Assembly (NCBI GenBank): GCA_951406725.2
Contig: OX597814.1
Span: forward strand, 14,756,001 to 14,820,000
Source of the DNA: Octopus vulgaris
Lineage: Eukaryota
DNA length: 64,000 nucleotides
Reading direction: 5' to 3'
Notes under the pieces: model-generated
What the model was told of the DNA's origin: nothing
The model's input: only the letters and a program-made list of their open reading frames with translations
Databases searched by the model: none
Shown: positions 1 to 11,246 of the stretch, in pieces
How the letters are laid out: each line of letters begins with the position of its first letter
How positions within the stretch are numbered: the first letter of the stretch is position 1
Program-made: the position numbers and the translations under genes

Positions 1-37
1 GTGTGTATATATGTATATGTATGTATGTATATGTATG

Positions 38-80
<43 letters not shown>

Positions 81-697
81 GTATATGTATATGTGTATGT
101 GTATGTATTTGTATGTGTATGCATGCGCGTATATGTATGTATATGTATACGTGTGGGTGTGTGTATGTGTGTATATATGTATGTATGTATGGGTGTATGT
201 ATGTATGTATGTATGCGGATATGTATATATATATATATGTGTGTGTGTATGTGTATATATATATGCGTATATATATGTATGTATTTGTATGTAGGTGTAT
301 ATGTATGTGTGTATATATATTTATTGGTGTATATGTATAGACTAGTCTTCTAAGATTGTAGACATGAATCTGTAGGTACGCGTACGTATGTGTATATACG
401 TGTATGTATGTAGATGTATGTATGTATGAATATAACGCGTGCGTGCGTGTATGTGTATGAGTGTACGAATGAGTGAGTGTGCGTGCTAATGAGTGTGCGT
501 GCGTGAGTGAGTGCTTGTGCTCAAGTAGAAAGATAAAAGGGACTAGCTGTCGTAGCCAAGATGCTTGTGACCAGCGGTCAAAGATAACAAAAGTAATAAA
601 TGAAGATAATAAAATTAAAATTAGGGAATGGGTTTGTATTTGTATGTATATGTGTGTATGTGTAGGTATGAATAGGTACACATATGTATGTATATGT

Positions 698-732
<35 letters not shown>

Positions 733-1060
733 TGTGTATATGTATATATGAGTATATAGGGACTTGTGTGTTGTGTGTGCATGTGTGTATGTGGATATGT
801 GTGTGTATGTGTGTATGTGTATGTGTGTGTATGTGTATATATTTTTTGTGTGTATGTGTATGTGTGGTCGTGTGTGTGTATATATACATGTGTGTGTGTA
901 TATGTATATGCATGTATATGTGTATGTATATATATATATATATATATGTATATGTAGATATATGTATGTATATGTGTGTGTGTATATATATATATATATA
1001 TGGGTGTGTGTGTATGTATACGTGTGTGTGTGTGTGTATATATATATACATATGTGTATA
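1..1060. repeat. Degenerate (TA/TG/TATG)n microsatellite field
   Basis: Alternating purine-pyrimidine low-complexity sequence. Confidence 0.95.
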
Positions 1061-1289
1061 GGTATAAGTGAGAATTTCCTTATTTACCTAAAACTCTTTT
1101 CTTCTATATATATATTTTTTTTATTCTTTTTTATTCTTTTATTTATTCTTCTTTCTAATTTACCACTGACTCCTTGACCACTCCCCCAAGTATGATTTTT
1201 TTGCGCTATGCCTACCCCCAAAAAGTCCCCCACCACCACCCCTTTAAACCTGCCTAAATGTATAAATGCCAATACAATTCTTGTTAACT

Positions 1290-1340
1290 AGCTTCCTGAA
1301 GATTTCTCTTGAATGAAACAGTTCTAGTCCTGTAGAAGCT
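1290..1340 (+). ncRNA. Type I hammerhead-ribozyme-like motif
   Basis: AGCUUC CUGAAGA [stem II UUC/GAA] GAAA CAG..CUG UA GAAGCU, with a GUA cleavage triplet. Confidence 0.55.
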
Positions 1341-1532
1341 CCTTCTATATAATAAATTAATTTTACTCTGCTATGTATTGAGTACCTTATTTACTGTGGT
1401 TAACCCCGAATCAACCCGGGACCTACATATATATATATATATATATATACATATAAATATATATATATATATATCGCCATGATAGATCGTTAGCCACTAC
1501 ACATATTTTCTCTCCTTGTTTTTTCTGTGTCC

Positions 1533-1568
1533 CTTTCTGTAGAAGAGCGTAGGCTTGAAACGTAAAAG
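1533..1568 (+). ncRNA. Minimal hammerhead-like motif with atypical core CUGUAGA
   Basis: CUUU CUGUAGA A GAGC-GUAG-GCUU GAAA CG UA AAAG. A better-paired copy is at 63726-63763. Confidence 0.45.
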
Positions 1569-1617
1569 ACCTTTTCTATTCCATCTGTCATCGCCTTTTG
1601 TTTTTTTCGTAAACTCT

Positions 1618-1666
<49 letters not shown>

Positions 1667-2653
1667 CATATTAGAAGAAACGAAGTACTCAGAAATCTAG
1701 ATGGTTTTATATTTACAGATATTTATTAGTATGTTACATGCTTTTATAAATCATATATCATATATTAACACTTTCGTCCACTCTAGTGGAGTTGTCAAAT
1801 TAAACTTTTGCAGGAATTTTGTCTGTTTTTATGGTATTATTGAGTGTGTAGGGGTGGGGAGAGATGTAAGATAGTACAAGAGGGTGAGGAATGGGGAGAA
1901 AGTGAGAAAGAAAGCGTGTGTGTGTGTGTGTTTGTATCTGAAAGAAGTGTTAAAGAAAAAGAGACGTAAAGGACGAAGAAGGAAAGAAAGAAGAAAAAAT
2001 TTGTTGATATCTTTGCAGCTGGTCAGTCTTTCAATAGTAATGATTCTTGGCTTTTGGAAATGGCAATCCCAGCTGGTCACTCCAAGGGGGGAAAAATGTC
2101 ACTTTTCAAAATATTGTCTGGATTTCTTTTTATCATTGTCTTGTGAGAAAGAGTGTGTGTGTGTGTATGTGTGTATGTGTGTGTATGTATGTGCTCACGT
2201 GTGTGGGGGTGTCTGTGTATCTGAAAGAGGTGTCAAATGGAAAAGGGAATAAAAGGAAGGAAGAGGAGAGAAAGTAGAAAACATGTGTTTATATTTGTGC
2301 AACTGGTCAGTCTTTCAATAGTAAATGATTCTTCGTTTTTAGAAATGGCAAATCCAGCTGGTCAGTCTTTCAATAGTAAATGATTATTGGCTTTCAGAAA
2401 TGGCAAACCCAGGTGGCAACTTCAAGGTGGGGGCACTTCTCAAAATGTCACATCTCAAAAAATTGTCTGGATTTCTTTTTATCATTGTTTCGTGAGAGTG
2501 TGTGTGTGTGTGTTTGTATGTGTGTATGAGCGTGTGTGTGTGTGGGTGCCTGTGTATCTCAAAGGTGTGTCGATGGAGAAGAGAAGAAAGAAGAGAGGAA
2601 GAAGAGATAACTGTTGACAATTTATACCACTGTTCAGTTCTTTCAATCCAAAT

Positions 2654-2689
<36 letters not shown>

Positions 2690-2803
2690 CATCACCACCA
2701 CAACCACCAAACCACCACCACCACCACTACTACTACAACTACTACTATAACTACTACTACTACTACTACTACTACTACAACTACTACTACTACTACTACT
2801 ACT

Positions 2804-2875
<72 letters not shown>

Positions 2876-2890
2876 AAGAAGAAGAAGAAG
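2654..2890. repeat. Compound trinucleotide microsatellite (TAC/CAC/TAA/GAA)
   Basis: Seen directly. Confidence 0.95.
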
Positions 2891-3523
2891 AATTTTCACG
2901 CACATATGGTTGTGATGCATGTGCCTGGTGTACCCTTATCAAATGGGTATACTGGGCTTCGAATATTTCACCCCACTTTCACTATGTTGGCTGCACTGCT
3001 CTCTCACTCAATAATAATAATCCTTTTTTACTATAGGCCCACGGCCTGGATTTTGTGGGGAGGGGTCAGTCAATCACACCGACCCCAGTACTCAACTGGA
3101 ACTTAATTTATTGACCCTAATAAATTGAGAGTAAAAAACATAAAACTCAAAAATGGGCAAAAAGGAAACAAATGAAAATGCATAGAAGGATGATAGATAA
3201 GAGTTGTGTCCCTTGGAATAGGAATTCGTATTTGTGGAGGTGAATTCGACAGTGAAATTTTTGTGAGGCTCTATGAAACATTATATCATTTTAAAAATGT
3301 ACAGCTAATTGGAGTAGCTACTGTACTTCGATCAGTGGAAATGTTGGTTTATGTTTATCGGTATGCAATCAATTCGACATGAAAATTAGTAAGTTTTAAA
3401 GTTTATTATGATTTATTTATGCGCTATCAATATAGTCTCCTCACCGTGCACCGTGTCCATTGTTCACATGCATAAGGTGACAAACTCTAGCTCAGAGAAG
3501 GTTTGTGAGACGTTGGCTACACT

Positions 3524-3941
3524 CACTATGGTTTAGACTCACTACGGAAGCCTTTCCCGAGGTGTGACCTCTGTTCACTATGGTTTAGACTCACTACGGA
3601 AGCCTTTCCCGAGGTGTGACCTCTGTTCACTATGGTTTAGACTCACTACGGAAGCCTTTCCCGAGGTGTGACCTCTGTTCACTATGGTTTAGACTCACTA
3701 CGGAAGCCTTGCCCGAGGTGTGACCTCTGTTCACTATGGTTTAGACTCACTACGGAAGCCTTGCCCGAGGTGTGACCTGTGTTCACTATGGTTTAGACTC
3801 ACTACGGAAGCCTTGCCCGAGGTGTGACCTGTGTTCACTATGGTTTAGACTCACTACGGAAGCCTTGCCCGATGTGTGTGACCTCTGTTCACTATGGTTT
3901 AGACTCACTACGGAAGCCTTGCCCGAGGTGTGACCTCTGTT
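3524..3941. repeat. Minisatellite, 8 copies of a 52-bp unit
   Basis: Unit CACTATGGTTTAGACTCACTACGGAAGCCTT(T/G)CCCGAGGTGTGACCTCTGTT starts at 3524, 3576, 3628, 3680, 3732, 3784, 3836 and 3890. Confidence 0.97.
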
Positions 3942-4621
3942 TCACGTAAACAGTTTCGTGGATCCAAAAGCGGAAGCTGGGTGTCAGGTGAGACCCAAAG
4001 CATGCGAACTTCATTGGAAAGCATCTTATGTACCACCGTCAGAGTTACTATCCCATTCAGACTACCATTCATTAGTTAGTATAACAAGGAATTCATTAGT
4101 TAGTAGGTAGCCTGTAAATAATGTTATTCCTTATCAAACTCAGAGAAAATAATCTCTAGAATGTGGAATTTGAGATTTTTCATGGACTTTTAGCCCTTTT
4201 GAAATATTGTTATCGTAACAAGGAAGCAAATTGAAAATGATCTTTCGTGTATTTCTTTAATTCTTGTCTCACTCAGTTCGTTCGTATCAGAGGTGAATAT
4301 ATACTGTGTAGTTCTAGTGAGGTAATAGCTTTAAATTTATACCTGGATTAAATGAGACGCTCTTCATATGCCTGTTTCATAGTCACAGAGACGCGGTCAA
4401 ACTGTATAAACGGTGGTAGTATTAAATCAAAAGTACTCTTCCTTCCATTGTGGAGGAGGAAAACTGCTTCAGGAAATTTAACTGCATATTTTTGGGCTAA
4501 GTGTATTTATTCGTCTTCAGCTGTCCATGCAGTCGGTGAGTGGAGATTTACAGGTTTTATTCAGGTCAGAGAATGAAAATATGAACAAAAGAAAGGACAC
4601 GTTTTGTAATGAAATACACTT

Positions 4622-4627
4622 TTTATT
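4622..4627 (-). terminator. Putative polyadenylation signal, IL-17 copy 1
   Basis: Minus-strand AATAAA followed by the GU/U-rich GTGTCCTTTCTTTTGTT. Conserved in all three units. Confidence 0.55.
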
Positions 4628-4837
4628 GATATTACGATCCAATTTTTTTACAATAAAATAAACATATGACACAAATTAAAATATATATCTTTCATGTCTT
4701 GAATTATGGAACAGCAACAGAAAAATATATTTAAACACTTTTACACTCATTCTTTGTATGATAAACATAATTCTAAATATATACATAAAAAAATTTAAAT
4801 AATACATTGTCTAAAAATATCATTTCCTTCATTACAG

Positions 4838-4889
<52 letters not shown>

Positions 4890-5030
4890 GTGTGGAACAT
4901 CTGTATGCCAGCAAATACACATACACATACACACAAACAGGCACTCACGCTTACTGCAGCTCACACGCGTAGTTGTTTAAAATATACAAATATACGCATA
5001 TTATATATATATTTATATATATATATATAT

Positions 5031-5075
<45 letters not shown>

Positions 5076-6597
5076 GTGTGGAGCATCTGTGTGTCATAAA
5101 TACACATACACATACACACACAACAGACATGCACACACACGCGTTTGAGAATAAAATATATACAAATATACGCATATTAATATATATTATATAAATATAT
5201 ATAATATATACGCATATAATATATATATATATATATATTGTGTTTCAAACTTATATAACGGTTAAAAGTAAATATTTATATACATATTACATAAAAGTTA
5301 TTATTAGTGAGAATTTACTGGTGGACTCATTACTAGTGTTTAAGTAACTATTTGATATGGATATGGATTCAAAGACCCTTGTGTCTGTCACTGTCCTCTT
5401 CCCTTACCGACTCGTCTATCATTCACGTGATCATCAATTACAAGGGAGAGTCATGTCAAAGTTTCGTGGACGCTAGCTTCTCTATATGAATTAATTTGTA
5501 AATATAAAATTATTTTGTAAAAGGATGAGCAACGATTTGAACGAAAACATGTAAGTATAAATCGTTGCATAGTTAAATTAATACGTGAAGAAATTTGTGA
5601 ATTAATTTGTGAATAAATGTCCTAACTTTATACATTTCTCTCTCTCTTTCTCTGTGTGTATATACATACATACATACATACATACATACATACATACATA
5701 CATACATACATACATACATGCATATAAAACCAAAACATAGTCAGACATGCACAACTTTACATTTATGCACTTTTGAAAATTTTACCTACGTTCTTGAAAA
5801 TTTACTGAAATGGAATGAAGTGTTGTTCATTATTACAATTATGTTCCGTAGTTATGCTTTCATATATACGACAGAATGCTAGCACAGTAGGATAACATGT
5901 GCATTGGAATGTGTGTGAATGGACGGTTCTTATAATGAGGATTAACCATCGAGATCGGAGTATTTAATGTTAGGAACATGTAACGTATATGTAAACATAT
6001 TCAATACCATTTATCAGTTTCAAATATTTATATAAAAAGAAGCTTAATACAGGTTTATGTAAGAGCATAAAAAAGGGGGGATATTAATGATGAGTTAAAT
6101 ATGATAGTAAATAAGATAAGAGTTCCCTTCAGTGTTTACTATAATAGAAAAAAAGCAAAATTATTTACAACAAATATGTCTGAACAACATTTAGGAAACA
6201 AAACTAGTTTTTGCCAATATACGCATGTAATATACGCATGTGTGTATGTATGTATGTATGTATGTATGTATGTATGTATGTATGTATGTATGTATGTATG
6301 TATGTATGTATGTATGTATGCATGTATGCATGTATGTACGTAGGTATGTATTTATGTATGCTGTTTGAAATATATACTTATATGCATATTTAAATGCGCA
6401 TATATATTTATATTTGTATGATATGAGTGTGTGCGTAAGTGTGTATTTGTGTGTGTGTGCGTGTTTGTGTTTGTGACTATGTGTGTGAGTCGGTGTGTGT
6501 GTGTGTGTGTGTGTGTGTTTGTATGTATGTATACACAGAAAGAAGAGAGAGAGTAAGTGATAGGGAGAAAGATAGAAATAGCCGTGTTTCGTATAAC

Positions 6598-6612
6598 AAC
6601 CACACAGTGGTT
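6598..6612 (-). promoter_or_regulatory. CDE-like triloop hairpin in the IL-17 3' UTR (also 31267-31281 and 53833-53847)
   Basis: AACCAC-UGU-GUGGUU, identical in the three copies. Confidence 0.5.
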
Positions 6613-6686
6613 TACTTAAACTTTCATAACATTATGAAAAACTTTTGTGTTACACACATTTGAATGTTTGATGATTTTGGCCGATA

Positions 6687-7217
6687 TTACGACTCATATT
6701 CGTCCTCATTTCCTCCGGATATTACATCGACCTTCCGTGCGCACACACAAGCTGTGGCCACCTCGATGACACTTGGTTTATAAACGTACAGTCCATCAAC
6801 GCATTGAGCCGTACGTTTCAGGACAGTCATTGGAGTATAAACCATCACACATTGGTGGTTACTGTCAGAGTCCAGACAGTCTATGCAGCGACACACGACT
6901 TCAGTGCGTGATGAAGGAAAATATGTGGAATTGTGGGTAATTTTCAGGTACCATGGGCAGGTTGAACGCTCGCGAATGATATCAGTAGATACAGAAGATG
7001 TAGGGCAGGTTTTATCCCCTTCGGTCAGTTCTTGTTGATCACTTCCTGCTGGAGCCATTTCAGCTGGTAGGAAAAAGTTATTGCCGATCGCTGCGCTGGA
7101 AAGTTCCTCGTATTGGACTTTCAAGTCCTTTGGTATTTTACATTGAGTCGGAATTGACGCCGAGGATATGAACAATACGACGTTGGTGAGGAGGAAGATT
7201 ACAACCTGGAGGAGTAC
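6687..7217 (-). CDS. IL17: Interleukin-17-like cytokine copy 1, exon 2 (181 aa with exon 1)
   Basis: The ORF has RSTCPW, CRCIDC, HQC and ATACVCA cystine-knot motifs. It extends in frame to the acceptor ttttattttacgcag|GTA, adding the hydrophobic signal peptide VLLQVVIFLLTNVVLF. There is an NST sequon. Confidence 0.93.
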   Translation of the reverse strand, partial: VLLQVVIFLLTNVVLFISSASIPTQCKIPKDLKVQYEELSSAAIGNNFFLPAEMAPAGSDQQELTEGDKTCPTSSVSTDIIRERSTCPWYLKITHNSTYFPSSRTEVVCRCIDCLDSDSNHQCVMVYTPMTVLKRTAQCVDGLYVYKPSVIEVATACVCARKVDVISGGNEDEYES

Positions 7218-7468
7218 CTGCGTAAAATAAAATGTTAAGATGAATAGTTACGCTTTAATATGACCCACAGTTAAATGAATGAAAGAAATCAAGAATAATA
7301 TAATAGCACACATAAATTCACTCTCTCTCTCACAAAAACACGTACAGACTCACAGACTTATACACAAAGGAACACACTTATACACACACACACACTCACA
7401 CACAAACACACAAAAATCATATACACAATCACACACACATGTATGATTTCACACGTGTTTATGAAAGA

Positions 7469-7866
7469 CTAGCAGTATCGCCCGGCGTTGCTCGGGTTTG
7501 TAAGGGAAATAACTATATAAGCATTTTTCGAGAGCTATAGCCAAAAAATAGCAAAAGATGCATTAAAAATGGAAAAAAAATGATGGTAAATTTTTTTTTA
7601 AATCGTTGACTCATCGTAGATATTTTTAGAGAGTTACTTCCGTTATATAATATCGAAAAAATGCATTAAAATGGAAAAAAATGATGGTAAATTTTTTTTT
7701 TAAATCGTAGACTCATCGTAGACGTGCGCTAATACCCAGAAGGGCTCGATATGAATCACGACTATAAGATACCCGGTTTTGGTTAAACTGCACCGCAAAA
7801 TGTGGAAGTAGTTAGGAATCTAAATCGTAGGAGACAGACACACAACTTGACTTTTATATATAAAGA
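7469..7866 (-). mobile_element. Non-autonomous Helitron in the IL-17 copy 1 intron
   Basis: 5' TC and 3' CTAG termini, subterminal hairpin CCCGAGCAACGCCGGG, inserted between A and T with no TSD. The empty site is visible in unit 3 (about 54675). Confidence 0.85.
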
Positions 7867-8896
7867 TTAGAGGGCACTCGTTGTCATGTGTGGTTCGAAA
7901 GGAAAATACAGAGGTGTATTTTTATGAGAGAAAACTAATGAACGAAATACTTCCGACCAGAAATGAATCACCTGTTGATATTCGTATCCGAAGCATGAAA
8001 GTTACAAATGTGAATTATAATAAGAACAGTTGGAGATGGCCTAGCCTGATACTTATAGGATTTCCTTTATAAACAAAGAAATTTGACAAACTGTTTATGT
8101 CTAAATGCAAGAGATGTAAATTGAAATGCAGAAAATAGTAATTGAACAATTGTGGAGAATATTTACAATAACCTATTATGTTAACGCGTTATTTTCTGCA
8201 TTTAAACATCGAGATATAGGTATAGGATATCAAACACTGCGATATTTCAATTTGTGAGATATCTGATGTTTAGAGGAACAACACAGATGACCAAAAAATC
8301 TCAATAAATTTGTCGTTGTCATTGATTTAGCCAGTTGTGAAATTAGTGTATTTTTATTTATTATATTTAAAAAAATTTTCAATGAATTTTATTTTTTTTA
8401 ATTAAAAAATTTTTTATTCTTTAATTAAAGAAAATTTAAAAATTTAAATTTTTATTTATTTATTTCTTTTTTTTTCAATGAATTATAATTCCTTAAATGT
8501 GGCGAGCCGGTAGAACTGCTTGCGCGCCTGGGCAGAATGTTTGACGGCACCATGCCGGCCTTCAATTTCTGGTTTCAAATTCTGGGCCCAAATTCTTCCA
8601 AAACAATAATTTCAAGTAAATTATGAGATCGAAGAGATCATAGACTCTATGGTAGCAAAATACTTCTGATTGTGTAAGAAATAGAAAGTGATCATCGAAA
8701 TATTCTAAAACTTGAAATGTGTTATAATTTTATAAAGCAATTCTCTCAAGTAAATTAGGACATCGAAGAAATCATAATCTCAAGATTAGCAAAATTAGTT
8801 CTGATTACGTTAGACTACAATAAATATGGAATAGATTTGAAAGCACTATCGATATTGTTAGCATGTTCGAAAAATATATTGTAGATTTACAAATTC

Positions 8897-9443
8897 ATGC
8901 ATCGAAACAGTAATATGAATTCATATAACTCCTTGAATATCCACAGATGAGTAATAAAATACAGAAGAGAATCGAACCTCAAATCTCAAAATATTCTATA
9001 TTCCATAAGTTATGGATAAAACAACCATTCATAATTATTTACATTATTTACATTTGACGGATATTTATCTGTTTCTTTATTGTCCACAAAGGGCTAAACA
9101 TAGAGGGGACAAACAAGGACAGACAAACGGATTAAGTCGATTACATCGACCCCAGTGCGTAACTGGTACTTAATTTATCGACACCGAAAGGATGAAAGGC
9201 AAAGTCGACCTCGTCGGAATTTGAACTCAGAACGCAACGACAGACGCAATACCGCTAAGCATTTCGCCCGGTGCGCTAACGTTTCTGCCAGCTCGCCACC
9301 TATTATGGATATTTATCCTCATCTTGTTTGTTGTTAACACAACGTTTCAGCTGATACACCCTCCAGCCTTCATCGGGTGTCTTGGGGAAATTTCGAACCT
9401 GGGTTCTCATTCCTAAAGTATTTTCCGATGGCATTATTATTAT

Positions 9444-9511
<68 letters not shown>

Positions 9512-9888
9512 TTATTATTATTATTATTATTATTGTTACTATTATTATTATTATTATTATTTACTTCATATTGGTCACAGCCTGGAGTCGAACTCGGAAT
9601 ATTGGGGAAAAAATACCTTAGGAATGAGAACCCAGGTTCGAAATTTCCCCAAGACACCCGATGAAGGCTGGAGGATATATCAGCTGAAACGTAGTGTTAA
9701 CAACAAACAAGATGAGGATAAATATCCGTCAAATGTAAATAATGTAAATAATTACGTATGGTTGGTTTACACATAACTTATGGAATATAGAATATTTTGA
9801 GATTTGAGGTTCGATTCTCTTCTGTATTTTATTACTCATTTATGGATTTTCAAGGAGTTATATGAATTCATATTCCTATTTCGATGCA
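8897..9888. repeat. Long inverted repeat (Penelope-like pseudo-LTR arms plus outer arms) in the IL-17 copy 1 intron
   Basis: 8897-9428, minus a nested SINE, is the reverse complement of about 9600-9888. Each arm has a hammerhead-like motif (9336-9381 minus, 9653-9698 plus). Confidence 0.85.
9070..9300 (-). mobile_element. tRNA-derived SINE, family B (GGCGAGCTGGCAGAAACGTTAGC head)
   Basis: Multicopy in the window: about 22340-22545, 27383-27605, 45492-45712, 46600-46980, 48568-48795 and 62638-62870. Contains a B-box-like GAGTTCAAATTCC. Confidence 0.85.
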
Positions 9889-10007
9889 AAATGATTCACT
9901 TGTTTGAATAAAGGTAAATTTTAACATGAATGATATGAGAGTAAACATAGAAATGTGACTAAAGATATAAATGTAACAGTTAATTTTAAGAATTTATGTT
10001 TACTTAC

Positions 10008-10022
10008 GTTGGTAGTATTCAT
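10008..10022 (-). CDS. IL17: IL-17 copy 1, coding part of exon 1 (MNTTN)
   Basis: ataATGAATACTACCAAC|gtaagt gives a phase-0 donor in frame with exon 2. The same arrangement occurs in all three units. Confidence 0.85.
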
Positions 10023-10155
10023 TATAATGGTTGGTCACTTGGAATCGAAAGAATGACAATATTATTATATGTGTATATATTATCAAACAAGGCTTGTACG
10101 TGTTATCGTTTTAAAATGATATTCGCTTGTGATGATATTAGCTACTCTGAGATTC

Positions 10156-10190
10156 CTTATATACATAATACTCGAGGCAGTGGAATTACC
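10156..10190 (-). promoter_or_regulatory. IL-17 copy 1 core promoter: TATA box plus kappaB-like site
   Basis: TATATAAG (10156-10163) lies about 135 nt upstream of the ATG, with TGGAATTACC at 10181-10190. Both are positionally conserved in the other units. Confidence 0.6.
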
Positions 10191-10495
10191 ATATGTCATA
10201 AAGTTTAAGCAAAAGAAAAAAAAGTTATAAATATAAACAGGGGGAACTAGAAAAATTTACAGAATTCTCATCCAGTAAATTGAAGGATTTGATATTGAGT
10301 CAAATTAACCGTGACCTACATAAATTGCAGAACGTTTGAAGTAACCAGGACATAGCGTATAATTTGTTTCCTCTTTTACCTGTTAATCGGATGTCGTGCG
10401 GTGAGTTGTCTTAATACACGGGCTCTTAGTAAAATATTGTGTTGTGTACTTTTCCATTCTATTTTTAATATACTATATTATTTCTCTTGCCTATG

Positions 10496-10621
<126 letters not shown>

Positions 10622-10631
10622 ATCTGTCTGA

Positions 10632-10691
<60 letters not shown>

Positions 10692-10710
10692 CCATTTATC
10701 TATCTGTTTA

Positions 10711-11187
10711 CAGGGGTTGGACAAAAGAATGAAAACTCTTTAAAATTTCAAAGAAATTAAATTTAATACGGGGTAGGAGCGCCTTTGGCAGTAATTATAG
10801 CTTGAATTCTACGAGCGATGGACTCGTACAAAGTTTGAATTGTTTCCAAAGTTAAGTTTTGTCCATTCTCCAGATAAACACTCTCCAGTTCTAGTAGTGA
10901 TGATGGTGGAGGATACCGAATCCTTGCATGCTTTTCTAAAATGCAACATAAAAGATCTGGGGACTGTGGTGACCAGATAAGATGTTCACTTGAATCTTCC
11001 TCGTGCCATTCAGTAACAATTTTAGCTAGGAGTGGCTGTGTGGTAAGTAGCTTGCTAACCAACCACATGGTTCCGGGTTCAGTCCCACTGCGTGGCATCT
11101 TGAGCAAGTGTCTTCTGCTATAACCCCGGGCCGACCAATGCCTTGTGAGTGGATTTGGTAGACGGAAACTAAAAGAAGCCTGTCGTA

Positions 11188-11246
<59 letters not shown>

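Noticed and set aside
1-1272. Many ORFs rich in Y/I/V/C/M/H/T here and across the window
   Set aside because: They are translations of stop-free TA/TG/CA/ATCT microsatellites.
3524-3941. CRISPR-like regular array
   Set aside because: The units are contiguous near-identical 52-mers with no unique spacers, there are no cas genes, and the context is eukaryotic.
7176-7217. TTG/GTG starts given by the ORF track for IL-17
   Set aside because: The frame continues to a splice acceptor, and the ATG is in the upstream micro-exon.
9370-9664. Mirror ORFs MSWGNFEPGFSFL on both strands
   Set aside because: They result from the inverted repeat around a microsatellite.
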